From sequence record MZ726792.1: 64,000 nt of DNA; one strand, 5' to 3'. Every line of letters begins with the position of its first letter. The stretch's first letter is position 1. The stretch comes from Escherichia phage vB_EcoM_ASO1B. Position numbers and translations under genes: made by a program. Positions 17,760 through 27,298 of this stretch are shown here, piece by piece. A model generated the notes under the pieces. It was not told where the DNA came from, did no database searches, and was given only the letters and a program-made list of their open reading frames with translations.

Positions 17760-18032
17760 TTAAATCCTATCAATTTGAAACTCTTCAGGTAACTCAGCCA
17801 CCACTTTTAAATAGTAAGCATCAGAGATTGTATGCTTTGTCTCATAGCTACCATTCTTAATCCAGTTATAATTTTCTGGTATTCCATCATCATTACAAAA
17901 ACCTGAGTACATAATTGCTCTGTGGATTATATTTTTATTAGAGTATGCAACATCTACAATATAGTATGTTTTTTCTTTCCAACCACCTTCAGGTTTACAA
18001 ATACCTGAGATACCCTCTAATTCTGGTGTCAT
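17760..18032 (-). CDS. hypothetical protein
   Basis: 90-aa ORF. Confidence 0.5.
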   Translation of the reverse strand: MTPELEGISGICKPEGGWKEKTYYIVDVAYSNKNIIHRAIMYSGFCNDDGIPENYNWIKNGSYETKHTISDAYYLKVVAELPEEFQIDRI

Positions 18033-18085
18033 TTCACTACCTTCTAAGTTTCTACAAAGGGGCTATCAAGTAACCCCTCAAGTTA

Positions 18086-18310
18086 TTACTCAGACTTTTC
18101 AGTCTTCTTGTCGGATTTCTTACTAGTCTTCTTCTCAGCTTTCTGCTCAGGCTCCTTCTCAGAAGTTGCCTTAATAACCATATCAAGAAGCTCTGATAAG
18201 TCACTCTTCAGTAAAGTAACAGGCTGCTCATTGTAGAAGTTTTTGTCAAGATAGACTTTGAACTCTTCAATAGAAGGAAATCCAAAAATTGGTACAGGTG
18301 TCTTAATCAT
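18086..18310 (-). CDS. hypothetical protein with Lys/Glu-rich tail
   Basis: 74-aa ORF. Confidence 0.45.
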   Translation of the reverse strand: MIKTPVPIFGFPSIEEFKVYLDKNFYNEQPVTLLKSDLSELLDMVIKATSEKEPEQKAEKKTSKKSDKKTEKSE

Positions 18311-18386
18311 TACTTAGTTTCTCCATAAGCATCTTTCAAGATTGCCTTGTTAATCATTTCAGCGATTGCAAAACGAATACATACAG

Positions 18387-18920
18387 CTATAATTGTAGGT
18401 TGCATTCTTTACTTACCTCTTCAAGTTTAACCTCAGAGTCCTTAAGTCGTTTCTTATGAACTCTGAATCTCATTAGTGAGATGATGATACCAACTAAAGG
18501 GACAGCATACAAGTACCAAACATCATATACCTTTGCAGTAATCTGTGCAATGGTCAAATCTTGAGCTATGGAACTGATTGCTGATACTGCCAGTAATGTT
18601 GCTAAGAAAAATGCCAGTACCATTACTGTACTCAAACAACCTCTGGCATGGTGTTCATGCTTAATACACTTATTCTTTTCGTCAACAACCCTGTTGTAGT
18701 CGTTTGTAAAGTCTCTGTAGAAAGCTTTCAAGTATTCTTTATTGTATCCTTCAAAGCAACCTGTACCGTACCAATAATCACCACCAAAATGTGCTATGAT
18801 ACCAGTATCTCCATTTGGTTTGGTTACTCTCAAAGAAGTGTGATGACGAGTATCTTGATAGTCTATTTTGTATCTTTCTTCGTAAATCATTTTCCAATCC
18901 CTCTCAATCGTTTGTTCCAC
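18387..18920 (-). CDS. hypothetical membrane protein
   Basis: 177 aa; two hydrophobic segments (VMVLAFFLATLLAV, VPLVGIIISLM). Confidence 0.5.
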   Translation of the reverse strand: MEQTIERDWKMIYEERYKIDYQDTRHHTSLRVTKPNGDTGIIAHFGGDYWYGTGCFEGYNKEYLKAFYRDFTNDYNRVVDEKNKCIKHEHHARGCLSTVMVLAFFLATLLAVSAISSIAQDLTIAQITAKVYDVWYLYAVPLVGIIISLMRFRVHKKRLKDSEVKLEEVSKECNLQL

Positions 18921-19120
18921 TCAAGGTCAACAAGTCTTTGCAGGACTTTCCCTCTAGGTGTTACACCTTTTAAATCTGCATCATAGCAACGGTAAAAGTC
19001 ACCTTCAGCGTGTTTACCATAGCATTTTCTGATATTCTGGCTTCTACGGTATTGTTCTAATAGAGACAGTCTGTAGTAATCTTCAACTGTAGTTAGTTTT
19101 TTCATTCTTTCACCACGCAT
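18887..19120 (-). CDS. hypothetical protein
   Basis: 77-aa ORF. Confidence 0.4.
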   Translation of the reverse strand: MRGERMKKLTTVEDYYRLSLLEQYRRSQNIRKCYGKHAEGDFYRCYDADLKGVTPRGKVLQRLVDLEWNKRLRGIGK

Positions 19121-19188
19121 CTTCTTAAGAAACTAAAAAGGGAACTACCTCTCGATAGCTCCCATCATAGTTAACATTGTATATTCGG

Positions 19189-19770
19189 TCAAGAGTATTT
19201 TTTAGGCAGTAATGCGCTACGTTTGTTACTCTCTTCACTCAATAGTGCAATGAAGTCATCCCCTTTGCCTTTCCACGGGCTGAATGAAGGGATATGTTCA
19301 CGAATAGCCTCAATAACCGTCTTAAGTGCTGTATTTTTCATCCACCAATCAGAATCTGCTGATGCTACAACATAGTACCCGCCATCATCAGTAAGGATTG
19401 GCTCTGAGATACATGGTGAAATCAGAGTGGTGATGATTGAACCATTATTCATGTAGTATGTGCGCTTCATAACCTTTTCAAGAAGCTTGTGAAGGTCACC
19501 AAACAGTGTTACAAGCTCCTTATGGTCAATGTCTTTTTCGAGGTTTGCTCGATACTTCAATAGTGCGGCATCAACCTCTCTGTCATTGAACTTGAAATAT
19601 TGAACTTCTTCAACAAGGCAAACACTGATGTTGTTAACATTCATAGTCAACTTACAAACTTTTACAGGAGAGTTGATATTTGGTTGAAAAAGTGCAATAC
19701 ACCCTTCAATATTTCCAAAATGTTGTACTAATGTCACTTGTGGAGTGATACTCTGTTGCTCTTCGGACAT
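19189..19770 (-). CDS. hypothetical protein
   Basis: 193-aa ORF. Confidence 0.5.
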   Translation of the reverse strand: MSEEQQSITPQVTLVQHFGNIEGCIALFQPNINSPVKVCKLTMNVNNISVCLVEEVQYFKFNDREVDAALLKYRANLEKDIDHKELVTLFGDLHKLLEKVMKRTYYMNNGSIITTLISPCISEPILTDDGGYYVVASADSDWWMKNTALKTVIEAIREHIPSFSPWKGKGDDFIALLSEESNKRSALLPKKYS

Positions 19771-20114
19771 TACAGTTTCCTCATTAAATACTTTTTAAGT
19801 TGTGTGTTAGGTTTCTCAAAAACTTCTATAGAAGATATCTTGACAGATTCACCACGCATACCTGTATGTTTGAATATATAGTATTCTAACATCCCTATAT
19901 ACTTTGCTGGTAAGTCATGTTTGACATACACCGTTACAGAATCTTCAAATTCAACAACCTTTGTACCATCTTTGTAGTTAAACTCTTTAGGATGGTTATA
20001 GTTGTCAATATCGTACATTAAAAAGAGTCTTTTCCGTTGCATATCAAGCTTATTGGTTAAAGACTCTTTGATATCTGAGAAGTTTTTGTACACTGTGACA
20101 TGGAGCTTACTCAT
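19770..20114 (-). CDS. hypothetical protein
   Basis: 114-aa ORF, start/stop overlap with neighbours. Confidence 0.5.
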   Translation of the reverse strand: MSKLHVTVYKNFSDIKESLTNKLDMQRKRLFLMYDIDNYNHPKEFNYKDGTKVVEFEDSVTVYVKHDLPAKYIGMLEYYIFKHTGMRGESVKISSIEVFEKPNTQLKKYLMRKL

Positions 20115-20400
20115 CGTTAAACTCTCTGACGAAGAAATAGTTGACTTTGTTATTACCTACCATAAGGTCAAAGCAGGTATTTTCAAAAGGTTTGTTATAG
20201 GCATCATATGAAACGTATGTATCAGCTACTTGCTTAGTGCTTAACTTCTTACTTGATGGGTTTAAGAGGCCACCATACAGCTTCTTGATAGCCTCTTCTA
20301 CAACAGACCAGATAATTTCGTCAGTAATTTCTTCGTACAGGTCAAGTTCACGCTCTAGTGAGAAGTCACAAATAGGGAAAACAACCTGTACTTTACTCAT
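20107..20400 (-). CDS. hypothetical protein
   Basis: 97-aa ORF. Confidence 0.5.
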   Translation of the reverse strand: MSKVQVVFPICDFSLERELDLYEEITDEIIWSVVEEAIKKLYGGLLNPSSKKLSTKQVADTYVSYDAYNKPFENTCFDLMVGNNKVNYFFVREFNDE

Positions 20401-20789
20401 TAACGAATAACCTGTGAGACTTGAATTGCTTCAGTTACAGACAAATCACCAACTTTCTCTTCTTTGATAAAAGTGAATGTGAGTTCAACAGGCTCTTGCT
20501 CTTCTTGCTCAACTGGAATGCCATTAAGCTCATCGCGGATTGATTGAGTTGTCCAGTCTTCTCCACCATCTGGATAATGGATGGCGTAAAGAGGAAACTC
20601 CATGTCATACCAGCCAAATACAGGGCAACCATCTGCATCATCTCGCATTCTGCGAAGGGTGCTACCTGAGCCTGTAAAGCGAAGACTAATATTTCCATTA
20701 CACTCAAAAATCACTGCGTCAGCAAGTCCAGCATCTTCTCGACCATCATGGCCAAAGGTGTCAACTTTTACTTGAATCTCTTTATTCAT
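20400..20789 (-). CDS. hypothetical protein
   Basis: 129-aa ORF. Confidence 0.5.
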   Translation of the reverse strand: MNKEIQVKVDTFGHDGREDAGLADAVIFECNGNISLRFTGSGSTLRRMRDDADGCPVFGWYDMEFPLYAIHYPDGGEDWTTQSIRDELNGIPVEQEEQEPVELTFTFIKEEKVGDLSVTEAIQVSQVIR

Positions 20790-21180
20790 AAAAACCTCTC
20801 TCTGCTTGTTCTATTTTTGCTCTTAAAGCTTCGCAATGTTGTAAATGATAGTTAGCTTCTTGTTCATGTGTTGCTAACTGCCTTTCCAGAGCAGTTTTAT
20901 AATAACTTGCGAGTTGCTCTTTTGTCAATGGGTGCTCTGAAATAATATCAAGTCCACTTTCACCAAGAGGGTTGAATTGTCCATGTTCGTTGACATTGTA
21001 AGTCTCAAACTTAAACAGGCCATTGTTCACAGACTCAATAGGTGACAGCTCAACAAGCTCTACAGTAAACCGTGTATATACCTTGTCACCTCTTGAAACC
21101 ACATTGTTCCCGACAATGCGTACAAGCGAGCCATTACGAGTGTACTTAAAAGTTCCAAAGTCACTAGCCCAAAGTTTCAT
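20782..21180 (-). CDS. hypothetical protein
   Basis: 132-aa ORF. Confidence 0.5.
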   Translation of the reverse strand: MKLWASDFGTFKYTRNGSLVRIVGNNVVSRGDKVYTRFTVELVELSPIESVNNGLFKFETYNVNEHGQFNPLGESGLDIISEHPLTKEQLASYYKTALERQLATHEQEANYHLQHCEALRAKIEQAERGFYE

Positions 21181-21195
21181 AGTTTTCTCCTTAGA

Positions 21196-21222
21196 AAATA
21201 AAAAAGGCTCCCGAAGGAGCCT
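21196..21222 (-). terminator. rho-independent terminator downstream of endolysin gene
   Basis: minus-strand GGCTCC-TTCG-GGAGCC hairpin followed by T-run. Confidence 0.65.
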
Positions 21223-21231
21223 ATGAAGATA

Positions 21232-21696
21232 TTACTTTGGATATACACTGTCAAGATAAATGTTAGCTTCCATTCTACGTCTGTTTTTCAGTCCGTTTGA
21301 AGTAACCTTCTCACCTTTGACTGTAATCTTGTTCCACCACTGCATAGCTTCTGCACAACCTACCTTATTACCAGCATTGTGGCGCTTGATAAATGTAGAG
21401 TCCTGCATAGCTGTGATACCGATGTTGTATGTTTCACTTACAAGTGCGTCGAACTCATTCTGAGAAGTGGGAACCTTGATAGCTTTGTTCACTGCTGCAA
21501 CAAACTTTTCAACATCTGTGAGAAGATACTGTTCAGCTTGTGCAGCCGTGATTTTCATACCCATCTTAACAGGTTTTCCGTCAATACGGATTGTACCATA
21601 CCCGATTGTTGGGATTCCGGCAGAATCTTTGTAAGCCTCTAACTTCAGACCTTCAAAGAACTTAATGGCTTCTAAGCCTTTTCTTGAGAGTTGCAT
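21232..21696 (-). CDS. endolysin, T4-lysozyme-like muramidase (GH24)
   Basis: 154 aa; EGLKLEAYKDSAGIPTIGYGT matches the catalytic block of phage lysozymes (Glu, Asp, Thr triad region). Confidence 0.8.
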   Translation of the reverse strand: MQLSRKGLEAIKFFEGLKLEAYKDSAGIPTIGYGTIRIDGKPVKMGMKITAAQAEQYLLTDVEKFVAAVNKAIKVPTSQNEFDALVSETYNIGITAMQDSTFIKRHNAGNKVGCAEAMQWWNKITVKGEKVTSNGLKNRRRMEANIYLDSVYPK

Positions 21697-22829
21697 TATA
21701 CCTCCCCTGCTGGGTTAACTGTGACTGTTGCTGCATTAGATGTTACAGAACCACCTGCACCAGTAACTACACAGGTGTAGCTTCCTGAATCAGTAGCGGT
21801 TGCACCTTCTTTGGTGTAAGTTGCAGTAGTTGCATCGAGGATGTCTTCCTCACCTTTCTTCCACTGATAACCTGTCGCACCTGTTGCCACAACATTCAGT
21901 GTTAAGGTCTCACCTTCAGTGATTTCTTGATTGGTTGGTTGCTGAGTGATTACCGGAAGTGCATTCACAGTTACTACAGCAGCATTAGATTCCACTGCAC
22001 CACCTGCACCTGTTACAACGCAAGTGTATGAACCAGCATCTGCTGGCAGCGCACCAGACTTGCTATAGGTAGCCTCTGTAGCCGAAGGAATGTCAGAGCC
22101 ATCTTTCTTCCACTGGTAACCCGTTGCACCCGTTGCAGTCACTTCCAAGCTGATGTTTCCACCCTCATTGATGGTCTGGCTAGAAGGTTGCTGTGTAATC
22201 ACAGGCAGTGCGTTGACAGTAACTGTTGCCGCATCTGAGGTAACACTTGTACCAGCCTCTCCAGACACAACACAAGTATAAGAACCAGCATCAGAAGGTG
22301 CTACAGACTGTTTTGTGTAAGTTGCAGAATTGGCACTAGGGATATCCTCACCATCCTTCTTCCACTGATATCCAGTGGCGTTAGTTGCTAGAATGCTTAG
22401 AGTAAGTGTGCCACCCTCATTGACTGTTTGACCTGTTGGTTGCTGAGTAATTGCTGGTGGCTTAATAGCATCCTTCAACTTAGCATTCAACATTGAGAAC
22501 GGCTTAACTCTTGCCAACCATTCGCAGTAAATTGTGTCAACATCTTTACCATTGATGATTGCATACTGCAAATCCATGAAGAAATCAGCAGTTCTCATCT
22601 GTGCACCAACACTGTAAAGGAGTTCATCACTAAAAGGAACTTTGTAGTCTGGTTTGTAATCAAACTTCTCAACTTCTGCAATATCAGCTTCAGGCCAATA
22701 TGAACTATAGGTAAGTGGTAAAATAGCCTCTTGATATGTTCTAAAATCATATCTCTTACCAGCCTTTACATTTGCAACGAAACCTTTTACAAATTCTTTG
22801 AAGTCTGGGTAAGTCTTTGCTTTAATCAT
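21696..22829 (-). CDS. Ig-like repeat protein (Hoc-like surface/decoration candidate)
   Basis: 377 aa; three tandem ~90-aa repeats (ITQQP...GYQWKKDG...GSYTCVV...TVTVN) typical of Ig-like domains; N-terminal domain paralogous to next gene. Confidence 0.5.
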   Translation of the reverse strand: MIKAKTYPDFKEFVKGFVANVKAGKRYDFRTYQEAILPLTYSSYWPEADIAEVEKFDYKPDYKVPFSDELLYSVGAQMRTADFFMDLQYAIINGKDVDTIYCEWLARVKPFSMLNAKLKDAIKPPAITQQPTGQTVNEGGTLTLSILATNATGYQWKKDGEDIPSANSATYTKQSVAPSDAGSYTCVVSGEAGTSVTSDAATVTVNALPVITQQPSSQTINEGGNISLEVTATGATGYQWKKDGSDIPSATEATYSKSGALPADAGSYTCVVTGAGGAVESNAAVVTVNALPVITQQPTNQEITEGETLTLNVVATGATGYQWKKGEEDILDATTATYTKEGATATDSGSYTCVVTGAGGSVTSNAATVTVNPAGEV

Positions 22830-23197
22830 TTCTTTTTAGCCTCTAAACGTGCGTTTAATCTAAAATAGCCTTTATGTTGTGGAGACACATCACTAACAAC
22901 AATACCTTCAACTTTATAGCCCTTACCAATTACATACTGGATATCCATAAGAAACGTACCAAGCCCAACAATGTGGAACATTGGGTATAGTAACTTATCT
23001 GAATCTGGGAGTTTAATTTCTGGTTTATAGGTAGGTTGTTCGGCAGTTGGTGTAATATCTTCTTCAGGCCATTTGCTAAGTCTCCATGTTAAAGGTGATG
23101 CAATAACATCGTTAAGATTATATCTCTCACCTTTCTCCACGGAATTAATATAGGATTGTAGGAAGCAATAAAAGTCTTTTGCACTCTTAGCCTTCAT
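22826..23197 (-). CDS. paralog of N-terminal domain of the Ig-repeat protein
   Basis: 123 aa; shares SYWPE/KWPEED, YKP, FLMDIQYVI-like blocks with 21696-22829 N-terminus. Confidence 0.5.
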   Translation of the reverse strand: MKAKSAKDFYCFLQSYINSVEKGERYNLNDVIASPLTWRLSKWPEEDITPTAEQPTYKPEIKLPDSDKLLYPMFHIVGLGTFLMDIQYVIGKGYKVEGIVVSDVSPQHKGYFRLNARLEAKKK

Positions 23198-23244
23198 TAA
23201 ATATCCTTATAAATAGATAAAGGGGCATTAGCCCCTGTTTATAC

Positions 23245-23835
23245 TTAAGCTTTGGTCTTAAGTAGGTTCTTAAGTTTTTTGAGATTCATGCTCTCGTCAA
23301 ACTTAAAACCAAATCCATTGACATAATCAATGAACTCGGATTTCTTACTGAGTGACAATGCGTAACTCATATCAAAGTTCTTACTTGTTTCTGCGTCTGG
23401 ACTAGAGTTCACATCAAATGAAATTTCTGTAGGCTCTTGCTTACTTTTTCTCATATTATCAACCAACAAACATGTATAGTTTGCTGGATAGAAGTTTACA
23501 CTACCATCAACGTAGCTGTACTTATTATTATGGATAAGGTTGGAAAATACCTTAAGAAATGTTTCTGAGTCGTGGCAAACAAGTTTGAATTGGCTGCTCT
23601 CTCCAAGCGCAACTAATGAGTACGGGCTTTCACTATCAAAGTCATAATTTGGATTCGATGCCGTCACTGTTACACGCATCAAGTTATTAGCAATAGTCTT
23701 CTGTTTAAAAGAATTTTGGACATAGTGAAGACCTCTATCACACTGATTAACTAATTCTTTCAATAGGTCATTTGCATATGGTGAGTTAATTGATACAGAG
23801 CCATCACTATTGTAATTAAAACTTACTGTTAACAT
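23245..23835 (-). CDS. hypothetical protein
   Basis: 196-aa ORF. Confidence 0.5.
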   Translation of the reverse strand: MLTVSFNYNSDGSVSINSPYANDLLKELVNQCDRGLHYVQNSFKQKTIANNLMRVTVTASNPNYDFDSESPYSLVALGESSQFKLVCHDSETFLKVFSNLIHNNKYSYVDGSVNFYPANYTCLLVDNMRKSKQEPTEISFDVNSSPDAETSKNFDMSYALSLSKKSEFIDYVNGFGFKFDESMNLKKLKNLLKTKA

Positions 23836-24062
23836 TTTTCAGTTCTCCTGCGATTTATGATTTTGCTGCAATAGAGAAACGAAGTAAACTCACTGGAAGA
23901 AACCATTAAGTGTTGTTCACTAGATTGAGCCATTGCCCTGAAATACATTCCAGTCAAAGCATCGTAGTGACTATTCTTTCCAATTGAGGTTATATAGCCA
24001 TGACTCTTTGCAGTTTTATATAAATCTATAATATCTGCGATTTCTAATTGGGAACTACACAT
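23829..24062 (-). CDS. hypothetical protein
   Basis: 77-aa ORF. Confidence 0.4.
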   Translation of the reverse strand: MCSSQLEIADIIDLYKTAKSHGYITSIGKNSHYDALTGMYFRAMAQSSEQHLMVSSSEFTSFLYCSKIINRRRTEKC

Positions 24063-24454
24063 AGATAATCCTCTTGTCTTCTGTAATTTTGAAAGAACAG
24101 GTACAGACCAATTTCAGAGGATGAATAGTAGAGTAACTCTACCCTTTTTGATTCCTTACAGTGATTGGTATTTTTACCTTTCTTCGGGTTATTTGATTTT
24201 CTCATTAAGTCTCCTTTGTAGAACAAGGCAGACCTACAGCTTTAAGTAAGATGGTACAGTAATCCATACAACAAGTCAAGAACTATTGCAAGTTAAAAAA
24301 GTTGTTGACAAAGTACTTGACAAGGTGTAGGCTTATAAATACTTAGAAGATAACTTAAAAGGTTCCTCTAAAAAGGCTATTTAAACAGATATCTTTCTGG
24401 ATATCTATCTTTTATCTTAAAAGCCTTTTAAGAGGTCTTATAAGAGGCATACCA

Positions 24455-24826
24455 ATGAAAAACAGAACAAACAAAGGCCAGTTTAAAAAAGGCCAATCTG
24501 GAAACCCATCTGGAAGACCAAAAGGCTCTCGCAACAAAAGCTCACTTGTAAAAGCTCAACTGACCATTGATAATTCTGCTGAGTTTGCTGCAAAGTTGTT
24601 TGAGGCGATTGTTACAAGGGACGCTGCTAAGCTTGCAGAGTTCGGGTTAAACACAGATGATGTAACCATCAAGAGTATGATTGAGGTCGGTAAAACTATC
24701 TTTACTCACTCAGCAGGTGAGATGAAAGCACTTGCAGCAGACACTAAGAAGACTCCTGATAATGGTGGTCAACCACAGACAGATAACAAACCAACGTTCT
24801 CTGCTGTAGCGACTCTTAAAAAATAA
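24455..24826 (+). CDS. hypothetical protein with basic N-terminus (GNPSGRPKGSRNK)
   Basis: 123-aa ORF. Confidence 0.5.
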   Translation: MKNRTNKGQFKKGQSGNPSGRPKGSRNKSSLVKAQLTIDNSAEFAAKLFEAIVTRDAAKLAEFGLNTDDVTIKSMIEVGKTIFTHSAGEMKALAADTKKTPDNGGQPQTDNKPTFSAVATLKK

Positions 24827-24907
24827 TTTTAAAAGGTGTTGACAGACTCTATAAAGTTGCTCTAAAGTCTGTCACATCAAACAACAAATGAGAGAAGAGA
24901 GTAAAAT

Positions 24908-26323
24908 ATGAGCGAATTATTTAAACATGCGCACCTTCATGCAGGTCGAACTGAAAATGGTGCTGTAAACCATACTTCATCAATGTCTGCTCTTGTAGAC
25001 TTTTACAAAGCTGCTGGTTCTAGCCGTAGCAATGTAGAAATCTTACCAGACTTGTTCTACAAAGCTTTGCATGAGGATGTTGATGTTGCAGTTCGTATTT
25101 TACTGCATATGCGAGATGTACGAGAAGGTATGGGTGAGCGTAAAGCTTTCCGAACTGTTTTACTTCAAGCGATTGAAGATAAAGTTTTAGAGCCTACGCA
25201 GGTTCTTCGCATTATGGATAAGATTGCAGAGCTTGGTCGCTTTGATGACTTCAAAATCTTTGTAGGTACTCGTTTCGAGACAGATGCCTTCAAACATTTA
25301 GAAGCAGCTTTACTAGACCCTGCAACAGCAGGTTTAGCAGCTAAGTGGTTACCACGAGTAAAACCACGTCACAAACAGTTTGTAAAACGTTTCTGCAAGT
25401 TTGCAAACTTGAGTGAGAAAGAGTATCGCACACTGTTGTCTGCACTATCTGATACAGTTGAGCAAAAAATCTCTGCTAATGAGTTTGGTAAGATTGACTA
25501 CAGTAAGATTCCTTCACTTGCTGCTGCACGTTACCAAAAACTGTTTAACCGTAAAGATGGAGAACGCTACAAAGCTTACATCGAGTCATTATCAAAGGGT
25601 GAGACTAAGATTAATGCTGGTGCTGTTTACCCATACGATGTGATTAAATCTGTTAAGTATGGTAATGCAGATGTTGCTAATGAGCAGTGGAAAGCACTAC
25701 CAAACTGGATGGCAGAAGGTGAAAACATCTTGTGTATGACTGATGTTTCAAGCTCAATGTCTTGGGTGAATTTTGGTTCAATCACTGCACTTGATATTGG
25801 TGTATCACTTGCCTTGTATGTAGCAGAACGCAATACAGGTTGCTTTAAGAACGAGTTAATGGTTTATTCAACAAACCCTCATTTCATCGAACTGAGTGGT
25901 GATTTACGAAACCGTCATCGTCAGGTGATGCGACACGTTGAATATGGCTCAACTAACTTACAAGCAGCCTTTGACCGCATTCTTGAGACAGGTAAAAGAA
26001 ATAACTTGACTCAGAAAGATATGCCAAGTAAGCTTATCATCTTCTCCGATATGGAGTTCAATCAGGTTGATGGAGCTAACGGTCGTACAAACTTTGAAGC
26101 AATTCAGAGTAAGTACAAAAAAGCTGGATATGAGATGCCACAACTGGTATTCTGGTACTTAGCAAACCGTAATGGCACTTGCGAAGTGTCTGTTAAGGAT
26201 AACGGTGTAGCAATGGTATCTGGTTTTTCTCCAGCTACTTTAAAAGCTCTGCTTGGTGGTGAGAAGTTTGACCCAATCAGCGTAATGCTCAAAGCAGTAA
26301 TGATTGACCGTTATATCTGGTAA
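24908..26323 (+). CDS. vWA-domain protein with MIDAS motif; N-terminal helical domain possibly TROVE/Ro60-like
   Basis: 471 aa; DVSSSMS (DxSxS MIDAS) near residue 280 followed by vWA-like C-terminus; N-terminal TENGAV...LVDFY block; positioned immediately 5' of tRNA array. Confidence 0.45.
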   Translation: MSELFKHAHLHAGRTENGAVNHTSSMSALVDFYKAAGSSRSNVEILPDLFYKALHEDVDVAVRILLHMRDVREGMGERKAFRTVLLQAIEDKVLEPTQVLRIMDKIAELGRFDDFKIFVGTRFETDAFKHLEAALLDPATAGLAAKWLPRVKPRHKQFVKRFCKFANLSEKEYRTLLSALSDTVEQKISANEFGKIDYSKIPSLAAARYQKLFNRKDGERYKAYIESLSKGETKINAGAVYPYDVIKSVKYGNADVANEQWKALPNWMAEGENILCMTDVSSSMSWVNFGSITALDIGVSLALYVAERNTGCFKNELMVYSTNPHFIELSGDLRNRHRQVMRHVEYGSTNLQAAFDRILETGKRNNLTQKDMPSKLIIFSDMEFNQVDGANGRTNFEAIQSKYKKAGYEMPQLVFWYLANRNGTCEVSVKDNGVAMVSGFSPATLKALLGGEKFDPISVMLKAVMIDRYIW

Positions 26324-26341
26324 AAAGTTTTAAAAAGGGTA

Positions 26342-26370
26342 TTGACAATGTGTTTGATACCCTTTAATAT
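26342..26370 (+). promoter_or_regulatory. sigma70-like promoter (TTGACA-17-TAATAT) ahead of tRNA array
   Basis: -35 26342-26347, -10 26365-26370; a second TTGACA at ~26432. Confidence 0.55.
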
Positions 26371-26488
26371 GTTCTACATAGAAACGAAACGAGAGCTTTT
26401 CTAAGATACTGAAAAATATTTTAAAAAAGTTCTTGACAATCACTAAAAAATAATGTTAAAGTGGTTACATAGAGTTTGAAAAGTTTAT

Positions 26489-26565
26489 CTCTGTTTAGCT
26501 CAGCTTGGTAGAGCGTTCCGTTTGGGGCGGTAAGGCCGGAGGTTCAAGTCCTCCAACAGAGACCA
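26489..26565 (+). tRNA. tRNA-Pro (anticodon TGG)
   Basis: 7-bp acceptor CTCTGTT/AACAGAG, T-arm GGAGG-TTCAAGT-CCTCC, anticodon loop TTTGGGG, encoded CCA. Confidence 0.7.
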
Positions 26566-26572
26566 AATTAAT

Positions 26573-26650
26573 GTTCCAGTAGACAAAATGGTAAAGTCAC
26601 CACTCTTTCAAAGTGGATATCTGAGGGTTCAAATCCCTTCTGGAACGCCA
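26573..26650 (+). tRNA. tRNA-Glu (anticodon TTC)
   Basis: acceptor GTTCCAG/CTGGAAC, anticodon stem CCACT/AGTGG loop CTTTCAA, T-loop TTCAAAT, CCA. Confidence 0.7.
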
Positions 26651-26657
26651 GTTTTGA

Positions 26658-26729
26658 CAGAAGACCAATTACAGCAAACTTAATCTACTCATCTGACACG
26701 AAATCGGACAAAGAAGATATTTGGTCTGG
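26658..26729 (+). ncRNA. stem-closed module 1 (5' CAGAAGACCAA ... TTGGTCTGG 3')
   Basis: conserved 5' motif CAGAAGACC-N4-ACAGCAA and complementary 3' GGTCTGG; between tRNAs. Confidence 0.35.
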
Positions 26730-26740
26730 TCATTGAGAAT

Positions 26741-26817
26741 TGCGGGTATAGAGAAAGGGCGTCTCACATGTCTCATTAGCATGGTATCGGCAGGTTCGAC
26801 TCCTGCACCCGCCTCCA
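26741..26817 (+). tRNA. tRNA with CAT anticodon (Met or Ile2), U1-C72 mismatch
   Basis: acceptor TGCGGGT/ACCCGCC, D-stem GAGA/TCTC, anticodon stem CATGT/GCATG loop CTCATTA, T-arm GCAGG-TTCGACT-CCTGC, CCA. Confidence 0.55.
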
Positions 26818-26823
26818 ATTTTG

Positions 26824-26883
26824 CAGAAGACCGTATTCAGCAACAAAATACTTTTTGCGGATAAAAGAAAAAACACGGTCTGG
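26824..26883 (+). ncRNA. stem-closed module 2 (CAGAAGACCGT ... ACGGTCTGG)
   Basis: same terminal motifs as module 1 with compensatory change in closing stem. Confidence 0.35.
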
Positions 26884-26894
26884 CAATGTATTAA

Positions 26895-26971
26895 GGTTAG
26901 GAAGCACATAAGGTATGTGCGGTCGCCTGTTAAGCGAATGGCACAGGGTTCGAATCCCTGACTAACCGCCA
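26895..26971 (+). tRNA. tRNA-Asn (anticodon GTT)
   Basis: acceptor GGTTAGG/ACTAACC, anticodon loop CTGTTAA, T-arm CAGGG-TTCGAAT-CCCTG, CCA. Confidence 0.7.
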
Positions 26972-26980
26972 AATTTAAAT

Positions 26981-27068
26981 GTGTCGTTATCCCGTAGATG
27001 GTAGCGGTGGGGACTGTAAATCCCTTGTCATTGAGACTCGGTAGGTTCGACTCCTACACGGCACACCA
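26981..27068 (+). tRNA. tRNA-Tyr (anticodon GTA), long variable arm
   Basis: acceptor GTGTCGT/ACGGCAC, anticodon stem GGGGA/TCCCT loop CTGTAAA, 88 nt, CCA. Confidence 0.7.
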
Positions 27069-27073
27069 ATAAA

Positions 27074-27151
27074 GGTTATGTAGTTTAATTTGGTTAAAAT
27101 ACTCCCCTGTCACGGGAGATGATGAGGGTTCAAATCCCTTCGTAACCGCCA
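27074..27151 (+). tRNA. tRNA-Asp (anticodon GTC)
   Basis: acceptor GGTTATG/CGTAACC, anticodon stem CTCCC/GGGAG loop CTGTCAC, CCA. Confidence 0.7.
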
Positions 27152-27213
27152 ATTTTGAGAGGGCTATTTAGCCCCTCCCTTAAAGGGTTCTTACGAGTAT
27201 CCTTTAAAGGAGC

Positions 27214-27285
27214 AGAAGACCAAATACAGCAAGAACGTATGAAATTTCAAGCCAATTTAATTTTGAAAATTTAAACTTGGTCTGG
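27214..27285 (+). ncRNA. stem-closed module 3 (CAGAAGACCAA ... TTGGTCTGG)
   Basis: same conserved termini; internal AT-rich palindrome. Confidence 0.35.
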
Positions 27286-27298
27286 CTCAACAAATTTA

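Noticed and set aside
24044-24226. 60-aa minus-strand ORF at the edge of the divergent promoter region
   Set aside because: Minimal length, overlaps the start region of the upstream gene, lies in promoter-rich sequence, and translation is Lys/Tyr-rich low complexity.
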